A DNA stretch of 64,000 nucleotides from an uncultured Solirubrobacterales bacterium (lineage in GTDB: Bacteria; Actinomycetota; Thermoleophilia; Solirubrobacterales; Solirubrobacteraceae). A program made the translations under genes and the position numbers. The DNA is taken from contig CAVVTO010000009.1 in the NCBI GenBank assembly GCA_963751185.1, positions 77,838 through 141,837 on the forward strand, in the 5' to 3' direction. Positions 55,791-64,000 of this stretch are shown piece by piece; position 1 is the stretch's first letter, and each line of letters opens with the position of its first letter. The notes under the pieces are model-generated. The model worked only from the letters and a program-made list of their open reading frames with translations. It was not told the DNA's origin and did no database searches.

Positions 55791-57134
55791 CTACAGCACC
55801 GGCAGGTAGCGCTCCAGCTCCCAGGGAGTCACTTGCACCCGGTAGTCCTCCCACTCCTGGCGCTTGATCTCGATGTAGCGGTTGAACGTGTGCTCGCCCA
55901 GAGCCCGCAGCACGAGCTCGGATTCCGCGGTGAGCTCAATCGCCTCGCCCAGCGTGGCCGGGAGCTGCTCGATTCCCAGCCGCCGGCGCTCCTCGGAGGA
56001 GAGGTGGTAGAGGTTTGTCTCCATCGGGTCGGGCAGTTCGTAGCGGTGCTCGATCCCCTCGAGCCCGGCCTGGAGCAGGACCGCGAAGGTGAGGTACGGA
56101 TTGCAGGCCGGATCCGGGCAGCGCAGCTCCATGCGGGTGGCGCGCTCCTTGCCCGGGTGGTACATCGGCACGCGGACGAGGGCGGAGCGGTTGCGTCGCG
56201 ACCAGGCCAGGTACACGGGCGCCTCATAGCCGGGAACGAGCCGCTTGTAGGAGTTCACCCACTGGGCGAAGATCGAGCAGGTCTCGCGCGCGTGCCGGAG
56301 CTGGCCGGCGATGAACGCCTTGCCGATGTCGGACAGGAAGTACGGGTCGTCCGGGTCCCAGAACGCGTTCTGCTCGCCCGTGAACAGCGACTGATGGGTG
56401 TGCATCCCGGAGCCGTTCTTGCCAAACAGCGGCTTGGGCATGAACGTCGCGTGCAGGCCGTACTTCATCGCGTATTCCTTGACCGTGATCCGGTAGGTCA
56501 TGCAGTCGTCGGCCATCTGCAGCGCGCCCTTGTAGCGCATGTCGATCTCATGCTGGCTGGGCCCGACCTCGTGGTGGGCGTATTCGGTGTGGATGCCGAG
56601 CTGCTCGAGCGCCAGCACGGTCTCGCGGCGGAGGTCCGATCCGGCGTCGAGCGTGGTCAGGTCGAAGTAGCCGCCCTCGTCGAGCACCTCGGTGGACTTC
56701 GGGCCGCGGAAGTAGAAGTACTCGAGCTCGGGCCCGACGTAGAAGTGGTCGAAGCCCATCGCTTTGGCTCGGTCCAGCGCCCGTCGCAGCACGTGCCGGG
56801 GGTCTCCCTCGTAGGGGGTCTTCTCCGGGGTGTGGATGTCGCAGAACATCCGCGCCACGCCCTGCTCGACCGGCCTCCAGGGAAGGGTCGAGAACGTGGT
56901 CGGATCCGGCATGGCGATCATGTCCGACTCCTCGATCGGGTTAAAACCGGTGATCGAGGAGCCGTCGAAGCCCATCCCGCCCTCGAACGCGTCGGCCAGC
57001 TCGGTGGCGTTGATCGAGAACGACTTGAGCTGTCCGAGGATGTCGGTGAACCAGAGGCGGACGAACCTGATGTCGCGCTCCTGGACGAGCGCCATCACGT
57101 CCTCGCGGGTCAGTGGTTCGGCGGTCGTGGCCAT
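55791..57134 (-). CDS. glnA: Glutamine synthetase type I (about 447 aa, GSI-alpha-like length)
   Basis: IRFVRLWFTDILGQLKSF, GFDGSSITGF, KPLFGKNGSGMHTHQSL, NSYKRLVPGYEAP, RVPMYHPGKERATRMELRCPD. Start ATG 57134. Confidence 0.9.
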   Translation of the reverse strand: MATTAEPLTREDVMALVQERDIRFVRLWFTDILGQLKSFSINATELADAFEGGMGFDGSSITGFNPIEESDMIAMPDPTTFSTLPWRPVEQGVARMFCDIHTPEKTPYEGDPRHVLRRALDRAKAMGFDHFYVGPELEYFYFRGPKSTEVLDEGGYFDLTTLDAGSDLRRETVLALEQLGIHTEYAHHEVGPSQHEIDMRYKGALQMADDCMTYRITVKEYAMKYGLHATFMPKPLFGKNGSGMHTHQSLFTGEQNAFWDPDDPYFLSDIGKAFIAGQLRHARETCSIFAQWVNSYKRLVPGYEAPVYLAWSRRNRSALVRVPMYHPGKERATRMELRCPDPACNPYLTFAVLLQAGLEGIEHRYELPDPMETNLYHLSSEERRRLGIEQLPATLGEAIELTAESELVLRALGEHTFNRYIEIKRQEWEDYRVQVTPWELERYLPVL

Positions 57135-57202
57135 GGCGCCGCGAACGTTACTTGCTGGCGCCGCCTGCCAGCGCGCGCTCGCCCGGCCGCGCTCTTCCGG
57201 CG

Positions 57203-57577
57203 CTAGAGGCGTGTCGTGAGGCCGCGCTCGCCGAGCCAACGGTTGGCCCAGCGCTGGAGCTCGGACAGGGCGGGCTCGAGCTCACGCCCCATCTGCGAGA
57301 GCGAGTACTCGACGCGCAGCGGCGGACCGGAAATAACTGTCCGCTCGACCATTCCGCGGCGCTCGAGCTCCTTCATCCGCTCGGACAGGAGGCGGTCCGA
57401 CAGCTCTGGAACGGCCTGGGCGATCTCCGAGAAGCGCAGCGCGCCGTCCATCAAGACTCGGAGGATCGCCCCGGTCCAGCGCCGTCCAACCAGCTCGACC
57501 GCCTCGTGATAGAGGGGGCAGCAGTGCGGCGAGTCGCCGCGTTCATCCTTCATAGCCGTTTCTCGGGGCGCTCCCAT
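57203..57577 (-). CDS. HxlR-family (MarR-like) transcriptional regulator
   Basis: CPLYHEAVELVGRRWTGAILRVLMDGALRFSEIAQAVPELSDRLLSERMKELERRGMV. Confidence 0.85.
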   Translation of the reverse strand: MGAPRETAMKDERGDSPHCCPLYHEAVELVGRRWTGAILRVLMDGALRFSEIAQAVPELSDRLLSERMKELERRGMVERTVISGPPLRVEYSLSQMGRELEPALSELQRWANRWLGERGLTTRL

Positions 57578-57591
57578 CGCCGCGGAAAAGC

Positions 57592-58155
57592 TTACGCTGC
57601 TTGCAAAGCGCGGGACGCCTCACTCGATCCGTCGACTGGCACCTCACCGGCCACATTGACCATCGCGGTGAAGCCCTCCAGGGCTACCGTGGCGATCGCT
57701 TCGAGGATCTGCTCGTCGTCCCAGCCGGCCTCACGCGCCTCCTCGTGGAGGTGCATCGGAGCCCGGCCGCGCTCCTCCAGCATCGCCTGGAGGTAGCGCA
57801 ACAGCGCCGCTTCGCGCGGATCCTTGGAGTTGAACTGCCGCGCCAACGCGACCTCGTCGAGCGCCAGCCCGGCCACGCGAGCCGTGCGCGAGTGCATCGC
57901 GATACCCGGCTCGGACCGGTAGTACTCGGCGACCGCCAGCGCAATCCGCTCGAGCGTCGCCAGCGTCAGCTTGCCGTGGCGCAGCTCGGAGCGGAAGCGG
58001 GCGTACGCCCGCAGAGCCGCCGGCGAGCCCGCCAGGACACCGAGGAAATTCGGCAGCTGACCGCCGGTGGCCAGTGCGCCGCGCAGTACGGGCACCGACC
58101 CCTCGGGAGCGGTCAAGTCGTCATGGATCTGAAATCTGCTCATTGAAGTCTTCAT
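57592..58155 (-). CDS. CMD/AhpD-like family protein
   Basis: Alkylhydroperoxidase-like helical pattern (LERIALAVAEYYRSEPGIAMHSRTARVAGL...). Upstream of the HxlR gene on the same strand. Confidence 0.55.
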   Translation of the reverse strand: MKTSMSRFQIHDDLTAPEGSVPVLRGALATGGQLPNFLGVLAGSPAALRAYARFRSELRHGKLTLATLERIALAVAEYYRSEPGIAMHSRTARVAGLALDEVALARQFNSKDPREAALLRYLQAMLEERGRAPMHLHEEAREAGWDDEQILEAIATVALEGFTAMVNVAGEVPVDGSSEASRALQAA

Positions 58156-58446
58156 AGTTGACCACCAGTAGGTCCAGGGGCTAAGCGGGGGCCTTGCCCT
58201 TCACTTTCGAGACCTGCTTACGCTTGATAAGTGTAATTCGGCGGCCGCAGGCGCACAAGAGGCATAGACACACTTTTCGGCGCGATCGAACCCGTCGCGC
58301 CCGCCGCGTTGTCCGCCACCGGCAGACTCGCCTACTCCTCTTATACGTGGCGGCTTAAACGCCCGATCAGCGCCAGCCGCAAGCTGCGTAAGCCGCCCCG
58401 CCGCACCCCGCGGGAGTCGGTCAGTGCACCAGCGAAGCGATCGGCG

Positions 58447-58962
58447 TTAGTGCGCGAGCTGAGACAGGACCGCGCCGTGCGCGCTCGCGGCCGCCACCAG
58501 GATCAGCACCATGCCAAGCAGCACCGCCCATAGAGCGGTCCGGTCCGGCCGGAAGCCCGGCCGCTCGTGGCGTCGCAGCGTCGGCCGGGTCACGGGCAGG
58601 TTGCGCTCCGCACCACGGCCGCGGATCGTGACCGTCCTACGGCCGTCGATCCCGGCGCCGTGGGCGTCGCCGCCGGCACGGACCTTCGCGCGCGGCGGCG
58701 CAGCAGGCGAAACCGGACGGCCAGCCACCTGACGAGCAGCCGCAGGATGGGCAGCCGCCGGGCGGGCAGCAACCGGGCGAGCGGCAACCGGGCGAGCAGC
58801 TACCGGACGGGCAGCCACGGGACGGTCATCCGGCGCGGCCGGCTTGGTGATCCGCGGTCGCCGAGCCGCCGGAAACTCCCGGAACGCCTCGCTGTCGAGC
58901 TCCTCCCACCACGGTGCCACAGAACGGCGCGCAGCGCGCGCAGAGACTCCTCCCTGGGCCAT
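58447..58962 (-). CDS. C-terminally anchored protein with (P)VAAR pentapeptide repeats
   Basis: RPVAARPVAARPVAARPVAARPAAAHPAAARQVAGRP, and a C-terminal TM LWAVLLGMVLILVAAASA. Confidence 0.5.
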   Translation of the reverse strand: MAQGGVSARAARRSVAPWWEELDSEAFREFPAARRPRITKPAAPDDRPVAARPVAARPVAARPVAARPAAAHPAAARQVAGRPVSPAAPPRAKVRAGGDAHGAGIDGRRTVTIRGRGAERNLPVTRPTLRRHERPGFRPDRTALWAVLLGMVLILVAAASAHGAVLSQLAH

Positions 58963-59068
58963 CTACCAACCTCTTTCTTTGGCTTACGGGGTTAGCTGAC
59001 GGGCTCGCACCGAAAGAGCGGCGCTACGCGAAAAGCGATTCGCCCCAACAACTTGGGTCCCCCGCTCC

Positions 59069-59094
59069 CGCCGCCCGGCTTGTTTCGGGCGGCG
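59069..59094. terminator. GC hairpin CGCCGCCCG-n8-CGGGCGGCG
   Basis: 9-bp stem in the gap between the cytochrome c gene and 58447-58962. Orientation and function uncertain. Confidence 0.25.
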
Positions 59095-59196
59095 CGGGAT
59101 TTCAGCTTTGCGGGCGCCATCCTAACGATGGCTGCGGACGGAGGCGTGTTCGCCTCACCGACGGTTTCCCGCACGATGCGGGCTAATCGGCCAGCG

Positions 59197-59727
59197 CTAC
59201 TCCTTGCCCGCAACCTTGGCTACGAACTGCGCCACGTCGGCCGCGTCGACGCCCTGCACCACATCCGCAGGCATCGTCCCGTAGCCCAGGCACGCCTCCT
59301 GGCTACCTGGCGGTGGGTCCTGGAGACACCCGTTCTGGATGGTGTGGAGCACCAGCTGTTCAGTTGGCTGAAGGACATCGAGGTTCGGTCCCACCTTGCC
59401 CACGGCGTTGGCCGCGGCCAGCGTGTGGCACAGGCCGCACTTCTGGCCGAAGATCTCCCGTCCGTTCTGCTCGGCTGCGTTCAGCTTGATCCCGCCCACC
59501 TGGGCGTTGGCCCGGTTGTGGTTGCCGACCAGGAACACGACGGGGAGCACGATGGCAAAGCCGATGAAGGTGAGCGCGAGCACCGACGCCCCGGCCCGGC
59601 GGGCCCCGTATGAGCGCCGGCGGGAACGGACCGTGGCCGTGGCACTGGGACCTCGGCGGAAGGCCAGAGCGAGCACACCCAGGCCCAGCACGACCCAGAA
59701 CGCGGCAAACAGTAGGACGGCGAGCAC
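59197..59727 (-). CDS. Membrane-anchored class-I c-type cytochrome
   Basis: Two N-terminal TM helices. Heme motif CGLCH (GQKCGLCHTL). Distal Met candidate in GYGTMPAD. Confidence 0.8.
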   Translation of the reverse strand: MLAVLLFAAFWVVLGLGVLALAFRRGPSATATVRSRRRSYGARRAGASVLALTFIGFAIVLPVVFLVGNHNRANAQVGGIKLNAAEQNGREIFGQKCGLCHTLAAANAVGKVGPNLDVLQPTEQLVLHTIQNGCLQDPPPGSQEACLGYGTMPADVVQGVDAADVAQFVAKVAGKE

Positions 59728-59787
59728 GGAGCGGGACCTTACCGCGCTCTCCCGGCGGACGGCTCATTCGTGCCATCGCGCAGGCAC

Positions 59788-62700
59788 TCATCGCCGCCGC
59801 CCCGATGCGAAGCTCATGATGGGAGGAGCCACCGCGCGGAAGTCCTCGGCCTCGGTCTCCCGCGAGGTCGGGTCGCGCTGTGCCCTCTCCGCGGCCAGCC
59901 CGCGGCGCACCTGCTCGTCGAGCATCGAGAAGTCTTTGATCTCGGCGGTGATGTGATCCGGCGCATCGATCGGCTCGACCCGATCGACCAGGATGTTGAT
60001 CGCGCCACCGGCCGCCGGCAGCCGCTCCAGCTTGCCCGCAGCCAAGATCAGGGGCTCGGTCCTCACCGTCAGGCGATGCCGTTCGTAGACCTCGGCCGGG
60101 ACGATCAGATTGATCGTCCCGTGCTCGTCCTCGAGCAGCACGAACACGATGCCGTTGGCCGTGCCGGGGCGCTGCCTTGCCACCACCAGCCCCCCCACCC
60201 GCACCCGGGTGCCATGGCGCAGGGTCGCAAGGTCCTGGCTTCTCACCAGCCCGTCGGGCAGTCGGCCGCGCATCAGCGCCATCGGGTGCGATTGCACGGT
60301 CATCCCCGTGGTGCTGTAGTCGGCGAGCATCGACTCCCACCTGGACAGCGACCGCAGCTCGGGCGGCGCAGGCAGATCGAGGGGTAGGGCCAGTTGCATC
60401 CCGCCGGGCACCTTGCGACCAGGCGTCGCCACCCCCAGCTGCCACAGCGCGATCCGCCGTGCCGAGCCCCCAGGCGCCGCCGCCAGGCGCCGCCGACCAT
60501 CCCAGGTCCCTACGTCCTCCACGAGCGAATCGCACGCCCCCGACCAGGCCAGCAGCTCCAGCGAGCCCGCGCTCGAGCCCGCTCGCGAGGCCAGATCGGC
60601 CAGGCTCCTGAACCGGCCTCCCGCCTGGCGCGTCGCGACCAGCTCCTTGACCTCCTGTTCGGCGACGCCCCGGACGTAGCCCAGGCCGATCCGGACGCGA
60701 AGCTCCTCTCCCTCGCGCTCGATCCCGCAGTCGGCATCGCTCTCGTTGACGTCCGGCGGGAGCACTTCGATCCCCCGTCGCTGGGCCTCGTGGACGAGCG
60801 CGTCGGGCGGATAGAACCCCATCGGCTGCTCGTTCAGCAGCGAGCACAAGAACTCCGGGTTGTAGTGGACGCGCAACCACGTCGACTGATAGGCGAGCAG
60901 ACCGAAGGCCGCGCCATGGGCCTTTGGGAAGCCGAACCCCGAGAAACCCCGGACCATCGCGAACACCCGCTCCGCCTTCTCCTCGTCCACGCCGTGCCGG
61001 CGGATCGCCCCGGCGACGAACCGCTTGTGGTAGGCCTCGACCGCGGCGTCTGATCGCTTGCGGCTCATCGCTCGCCGGAGCCCCTCTGCCTCGCCGGGGG
61101 AGAAGCCGGCAAAGGCGATCGCCACTTCGATCACTTGGTCCTGGAAGATGATCGCGCCGAGCGTCTCGCGCAGCGCAGGCTCGAGCGATGGGTGCTCGTA
61201 GGGGACCTGGTACTCGGGATCGACGCGCAGTCGCTGCCGGCGCTCGATGTACGGATTGACCGCGCCCCCCTGGATCGGCCCCGGCCGGACGATTGCGACC
61301 TGGATGGTGATGTCCTTCAGGTTCTCCGGCCGGGTGCGGTACAGCGACTGCATCTGTGCCCGGCTCTCGATCTGGAAGACCCCGGTCGTCTCGGCGCGCT
61401 GAATGGACTCATAGGTGGCCGGATCGTCGTAGGGGATCCGGCTCAGATCGATCTGCTCGCCGCGCGTGCGATCTATGAGCTCGACCGCGCGCTCGACCGC
61501 AGACAGCATGCCCAGCCCCAGCAGGTCGATCTTCAGGAAGCCCGCATCCGAGCAGGAGTCCTTGTCCCATTGCACGATCTGGCGGCCCTCCATCGCCGCC
61601 GGCACGATCGGGCAGCAGTCGATCAGGGAGCGAGTGGAGACGATCATCCCGCCCGAGTGCTGGCTGAGATGCCGCGGCAGGCCGTGGGCCTGCGCCGCCA
61701 GCCGCGCCAGCCAAGCCCAGCGTCCCGTGGATCCGCGACGACCGCCGCCTCGATCTGGATCCGGCGCGCCGCCTCGATCTGGATCCGGTGTCACTCCGAA
61801 CGCCGAGGCGATGTCCTTGCCCACCTCGCGCGCGTCCCAGCCCTCGCTGCCCCGCGCCACCCGCTCGATCTCCCCCGGTGGCAGCCCCAGCGCCTTGCCC
61901 AGCTCACGGATCGCCCCCCGCGCGCGGTAGGTCGGGAACGCTGCCACGAGCGCCGAGCGATCGTGGCCGTAGCGCTCGTGCACCCGCGGGATCAGCTTTT
62001 CCCTGATGTCACGCGGGAAGTCGAGGTCGATGTCGGGCAGTGAGGTCAGCTCGTCGTTCAGGAAGCGCCCGATCAGCAGATCGTTGGCGATCGGGTCGAC
62101 GTGCGAGAGGCCGGTCAGGTAGCAGACGATCGACGAGACGCTCGAGCCCCGGCCCCGGCCGGGCGGCAGCAGCTTCCTGACGCTGTCCGGCCCGCGCACC
62201 TCGACCGCCACCTCGCGCGCCAGCTCCAGCATGTCGTGGTGGAGCAGGAAGAAGCCGGGCAGCCCAAGCCGCTCGATGATTCGAAACTCCTGCTCCAGCC
62301 GACCCGCCGCTGCACTCTGTACGCCCGCCGGTTCGTCCCGGTAGCGATCGTCACGCCGCGCCTGACACAGCTCGGTCAGCTTGCGCATCGCTTCCGCATC
62401 CTCCGCGCCCGGATAGCGGTATCCCAGGTCGCTGCTCAGATCGAACCGCAGCCGCTCGGCCAGCCGCACGGTCTCCGCCACCGCCTGTGGGTGCTCGGAA
62501 AAGCGGGCCGCCATCGTCGCCGGCGAGGCGAGCACATGGCTGAAGTTGCCTCGCCGCTGGGGCTCGGATGCATCGAGCGTGGTGTGCAGGCGCACTGCGA
62601 CGAAGGCGTCCTGGAGGGGAGCCCGGATGCGCGCGTGTGCGTGCACGTTCCCGGTCGCCACGCACGGCACGCCCAGACGATCGGCGACCCGCCCGAGCCG

Positions 62701-63216
62701 GCGGTTGCGCGCCCGATCGTCGCGCAGTAACGGCCGCTGTAGCTCGATCCGCAGGTGATCCGATCCGAACGCCTCGAGCAGTCGCCGGAGCGAGAACTCG
62801 TCGTGCACCCCGCGCAGCGCACAACCGCTCAGGCAGACCAGCCCCTCGGCGTGATCAAGAACATCGCTCAGCTCGACGAACGCCTGGGAGGGAGGACCTG
62901 GTTTTTCTCTCGTGTGCGCGTGCGCGCGGGTCAAAACGCGGCACAGGTTCGACCAGCCGCTCGCATCCTCTACGAGCAGCGTCAGGTGGCGCCCATCGTC
63001 GAGGTCGATCTCGGCGCCGTGGATCGGGCGCAACCCCAGCGCGCGAGCGGAGACGGCGAACTCCATCGAGCCCGAGACCGTGTTGTGGTCAGTCAGCGCC
63101 AGCGTTTCGTATCCCAGCTCCAGCCCCGCGGGAACCAACTCGTCCGGAAGCGACGCTCCGTCCAAGAACGAGAACGCCGAGTGGCAGTGGAGCTCGACGT
63201 ACGGTTGTGGTCCCAT
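59788..63216 (-). CDS. dnaE2: Error-prone DNA polymerase III alpha-subunit paralog DnaE2 (ImuC)
   Basis: N-terminus YVELHCHSAFSFLDGASLPDELV...LALTDHNTVSG (DnaE2-type PHP start). C-terminus ...FRAVAPPIMSFASGRRR. Start placed at the third ATG (63216) because a LexA box occupies the first codons of the track ORF (63240). Confidence 0.8.
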   Translation of the reverse strand: MGPQPYVELHCHSAFSFLDGASLPDELVPAGLELGYETLALTDHNTVSGSMEFAVSARALGLRPIHGAEIDLDDGRHLTLLVEDASGWSNLCRVLTRAHAHTREKPGPPSQAFVELSDVLDHAEGLVCLSGCALRGVHDEFSLRRLLEAFGSDHLRIELQRPLLRDDRARNRRLGRVADRLGVPCVATGNVHAHARIRAPLQDAFVAVRLHTTLDASEPQRRGNFSHVLASPATMAARFSEHPQAVAETVRLAERLRFDLSSDLGYRYPGAEDAEAMRKLTELCQARRDDRYRDEPAGVQSAAAGRLEQEFRIIERLGLPGFFLLHHDMLELAREVAVEVRGPDSVRKLLPPGRGRGSSVSSIVCYLTGLSHVDPIANDLLIGRFLNDELTSLPDIDLDFPRDIREKLIPRVHERYGHDRSALVAAFPTYRARGAIRELGKALGLPPGEIERVARGSEGWDAREVGKDIASAFGVTPDPDRGGAPDPDRGGGRRGSTGRWAWLARLAAQAHGLPRHLSQHSGGMIVSTRSLIDCCPIVPAAMEGRQIVQWDKDSCSDAGFLKIDLLGLGMLSAVERAVELIDRTRGEQIDLSRIPYDDPATYESIQRAETTGVFQIESRAQMQSLYRTRPENLKDITIQVAIVRPGPIQGGAVNPYIERRQRLRVDPEYQVPYEHPSLEPALRETLGAIIFQDQVIEVAIAFAGFSPGEAEGLRRAMSRKRSDAAVEAYHKRFVAGAIRRHGVDEEKAERVFAMVRGFSGFGFPKAHGAAFGLLAYQSTWLRVHYNPEFLCSLLNEQPMGFYPPDALVHEAQRRGIEVLPPDVNESDADCGIEREGEELRVRIGLGYVRGVAEQEVKELVATRQAGGRFRSLADLASRAGSSAGSLELLAWSGACDSLVEDVGTWDGRRRLAAAPGGSARRIALWQLGVATPGRKVPGGMQLALPLDLPAPPELRSLSRWESMLADYSTTGMTVQSHPMALMRGRLPDGLVRSQDLATLRHGTRVRVGGLVVARQRPGTANGIVFVLLEDEHGTINLIVPAEVYERHRLTVRTEPLILAAGKLERLPAAGGAINILVDRVEPIDAPDHITAEIKDFSMLDEQVRRGLAAERAQRDPTSRETEAEDFRAVAPPIMSFASGRRR

Positions 63217-63217
63217 G

Positions 63218-63231
63218 CGAACGCATGTTCG
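63218..63231. promoter_or_regulatory. LexA (SOS/Cheo) box CGAACATGCGTTCG
   Basis: Perfect match to the Gram-positive consensus CGAAC-RNRY-GTTCG. It lies immediately 5' of the ATG at 63216 on the minus strand. Confidence 0.7.
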
Positions 63232-63272
63232 CATAGGCATCGGACGCGGGCCGGAGCAGCGAAGCGCCCAGG

Positions 63273-64000
63273 CTAAGCCGGGAGGAAGTCGATCAGCAAG
63301 CGAGTCACCTCATCGGGCGCTTCGAGCTGCATCCAGTGCCCGGCACCGTCGAGCCGCTCGTAGCGCCACGGTCCCACGACACTCTGGGCCGAGTCGACCA
63401 TCTGACGCTCGGTGAGCGCGACGTCTCCGGAGCTCCACACGCCCATGGTCGGGACGCGGATCGGCGGCAGCGGTCGCCCAGGCGAGAGCCAGACCTTGGG
63501 GGGGACGTTCGCCCGGTAGTAGTTCAGCGCCGGCGTCAACGATTCATTCGCCGCGAGCTCGGCGATCACCGCGTCCGCATCCGGGTGACGGCTCCAGGCC
63601 CGGAAATTCGCCCAATCACTCCCCGACAGCCACTCCTCGGCGACACCGGCAAACTGGAACAGCAGCATGTACCAGGACTTCTCGTGCTGCTCGAACCCGG
63701 GCCCGGCACGGAAGGTCGCCGGGTGCCCGACCGACAGCACGACCAGATGGTCGACGCGGTCACTCGCCAGCCCCGCCAGTCCCCACGACACCGCCGCACC
63801 CCAGTCATGCCCGACGATGTGCGCCCGCTCCACCCCGGCATCACCCATGACCGCGAGCACGTCTCCGGCCAGCGCCTGGATACCGTAAGCGTCGACGGCG
63901 GGCGGCTTATCCGAACCGCCGTACCCGCGCATATCGGGCACGATCACTCGGAACCCCGCCTGCGCCAGCGCCGGCACCTGGTGGCGCCACAGTCGACCGG
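63273..64000 (-). CDS. Alpha/beta hydrolase (epoxide hydrolase/haloalkane dehalogenase-like); the 5' end lies beyond the right edge
   Basis: ...LWRHQVPALAQAGFRVIVPDMRGYGGSDKP, VGHDWGAAV (Asp nucleophile elbow). The frame is still open at position 64000. Confidence 0.8.
   Translation of the reverse strand, partial: GRLWRHQVPALAQAGFRVIVPDMRGYGGSDKPPAVDAYGIQALAGDVLAVMGDAGVERAHIVGHDWGAAVSWGLAGLASDRVDHLVVLSVGHPATFRAGPGFEQHEKSWYMLLFQFAGVAEEWLSGSDWANFRAWSRHPDADAVIAELAANESLTPALNYYRANVPPKVWLSPGRPLPPIRVPTMGVWSSGDVALTERQMVDSAQSVVGPWRYERLDGAGHWMQLEAPDEVTRLLIDFLPA

Noticed and set aside
58156-58446. A relatively AT-rich 290-bp non-coding stretch as a possible riboswitch or small RNA
   Set aside because: I could not recognise any known riboswitch or sRNA consensus or a convincing conserved structure by eye. 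It is more simply the promoter and leader of the CMD-HxlR operon plus the 3' UTR of 58447-58962. A covariance-model scan (Rfam) would be needed.
59360-60880. A 506-aa alternative-frame ORF overlapping the cytochrome c gene and the dnaE2 3' region
   Set aside because: It is Arg/Gly/Pro-rich with no motifs. The dnaE2 and cytochrome c (CGLCH) frames explain the region.

Overview
The window is a very GC-rich, gene-dense chromosomal segment with actinobacterial-style coding: G/C-rich third codon positions, frequent GTG/TTG starts, many ATGA/GTGA stop-start overlaps, and long spurious antisense ORFs. No rRNA, tRNA, CRISPR array, transposase or integrase was recognised. All calls come from reading the translations by eye, with no database search. 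In order, the content is as follows. (1) 1-12.5 kb is a cell-envelope glycopolymer cluster. It holds a TPR-GT2 transferase, a TagF-like polyol-phosphate transferase, two paralogous GT9-like transferases, an IspD/TarI-type cytidylyltransferase plus an SDR, and a translationally coupled SIS isomerase / HAD phosphatase / fused nucleotidyltransferase-kinase module. A TylF-type O-methyltransferase and an NDP-sugar 4,6-dehydratase-like SDR follow. (2) Next come a GGDEF-EAL membrane protein, a RemA-like protein and an aldo-keto reductase. (3) The SUF Fe-S genes are split into two blocks (rrf2-sufC-sufS and sufU-rieske-sufB-sufD) by about 5.3 kb. That spacer carries an HNH/DUF222 gene, decayed SDR and TetR remnants, a CPPC thioredoxin, a LysR regulator and a kumamolisin-like sedolisin. 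(4) Housekeeping and catabolic genes follow: RNase D, PepF, an acyl-CoA dehydrogenase and synthetase, ilvA-ridA, and a DUF255 thioredoxin-domain protein. (5) 43-55 kb is the most interesting part. Two Sec-type secreted proteins (one a double bulb-lectin) share a near-identical C-terminal module. Beside them lies a compact type VII secretion-like locus. It has an FHA-bearing three-ATPase EssC/EccC-like protein, a WXG100 pair, a 475-aa WXG-headed candidate effector with a downstream small gene, an FHA-HTH regulator and a Hanks-type Ser/Thr kinase. (6) The window ends with glnA flanked by CMD/AhpD-like genes and an HxlR regulator, a membrane cytochrome c, an orphan dnaE2 with a perfect Cheo/LexA box on its start, and a partial alpha/beta hydrolase.
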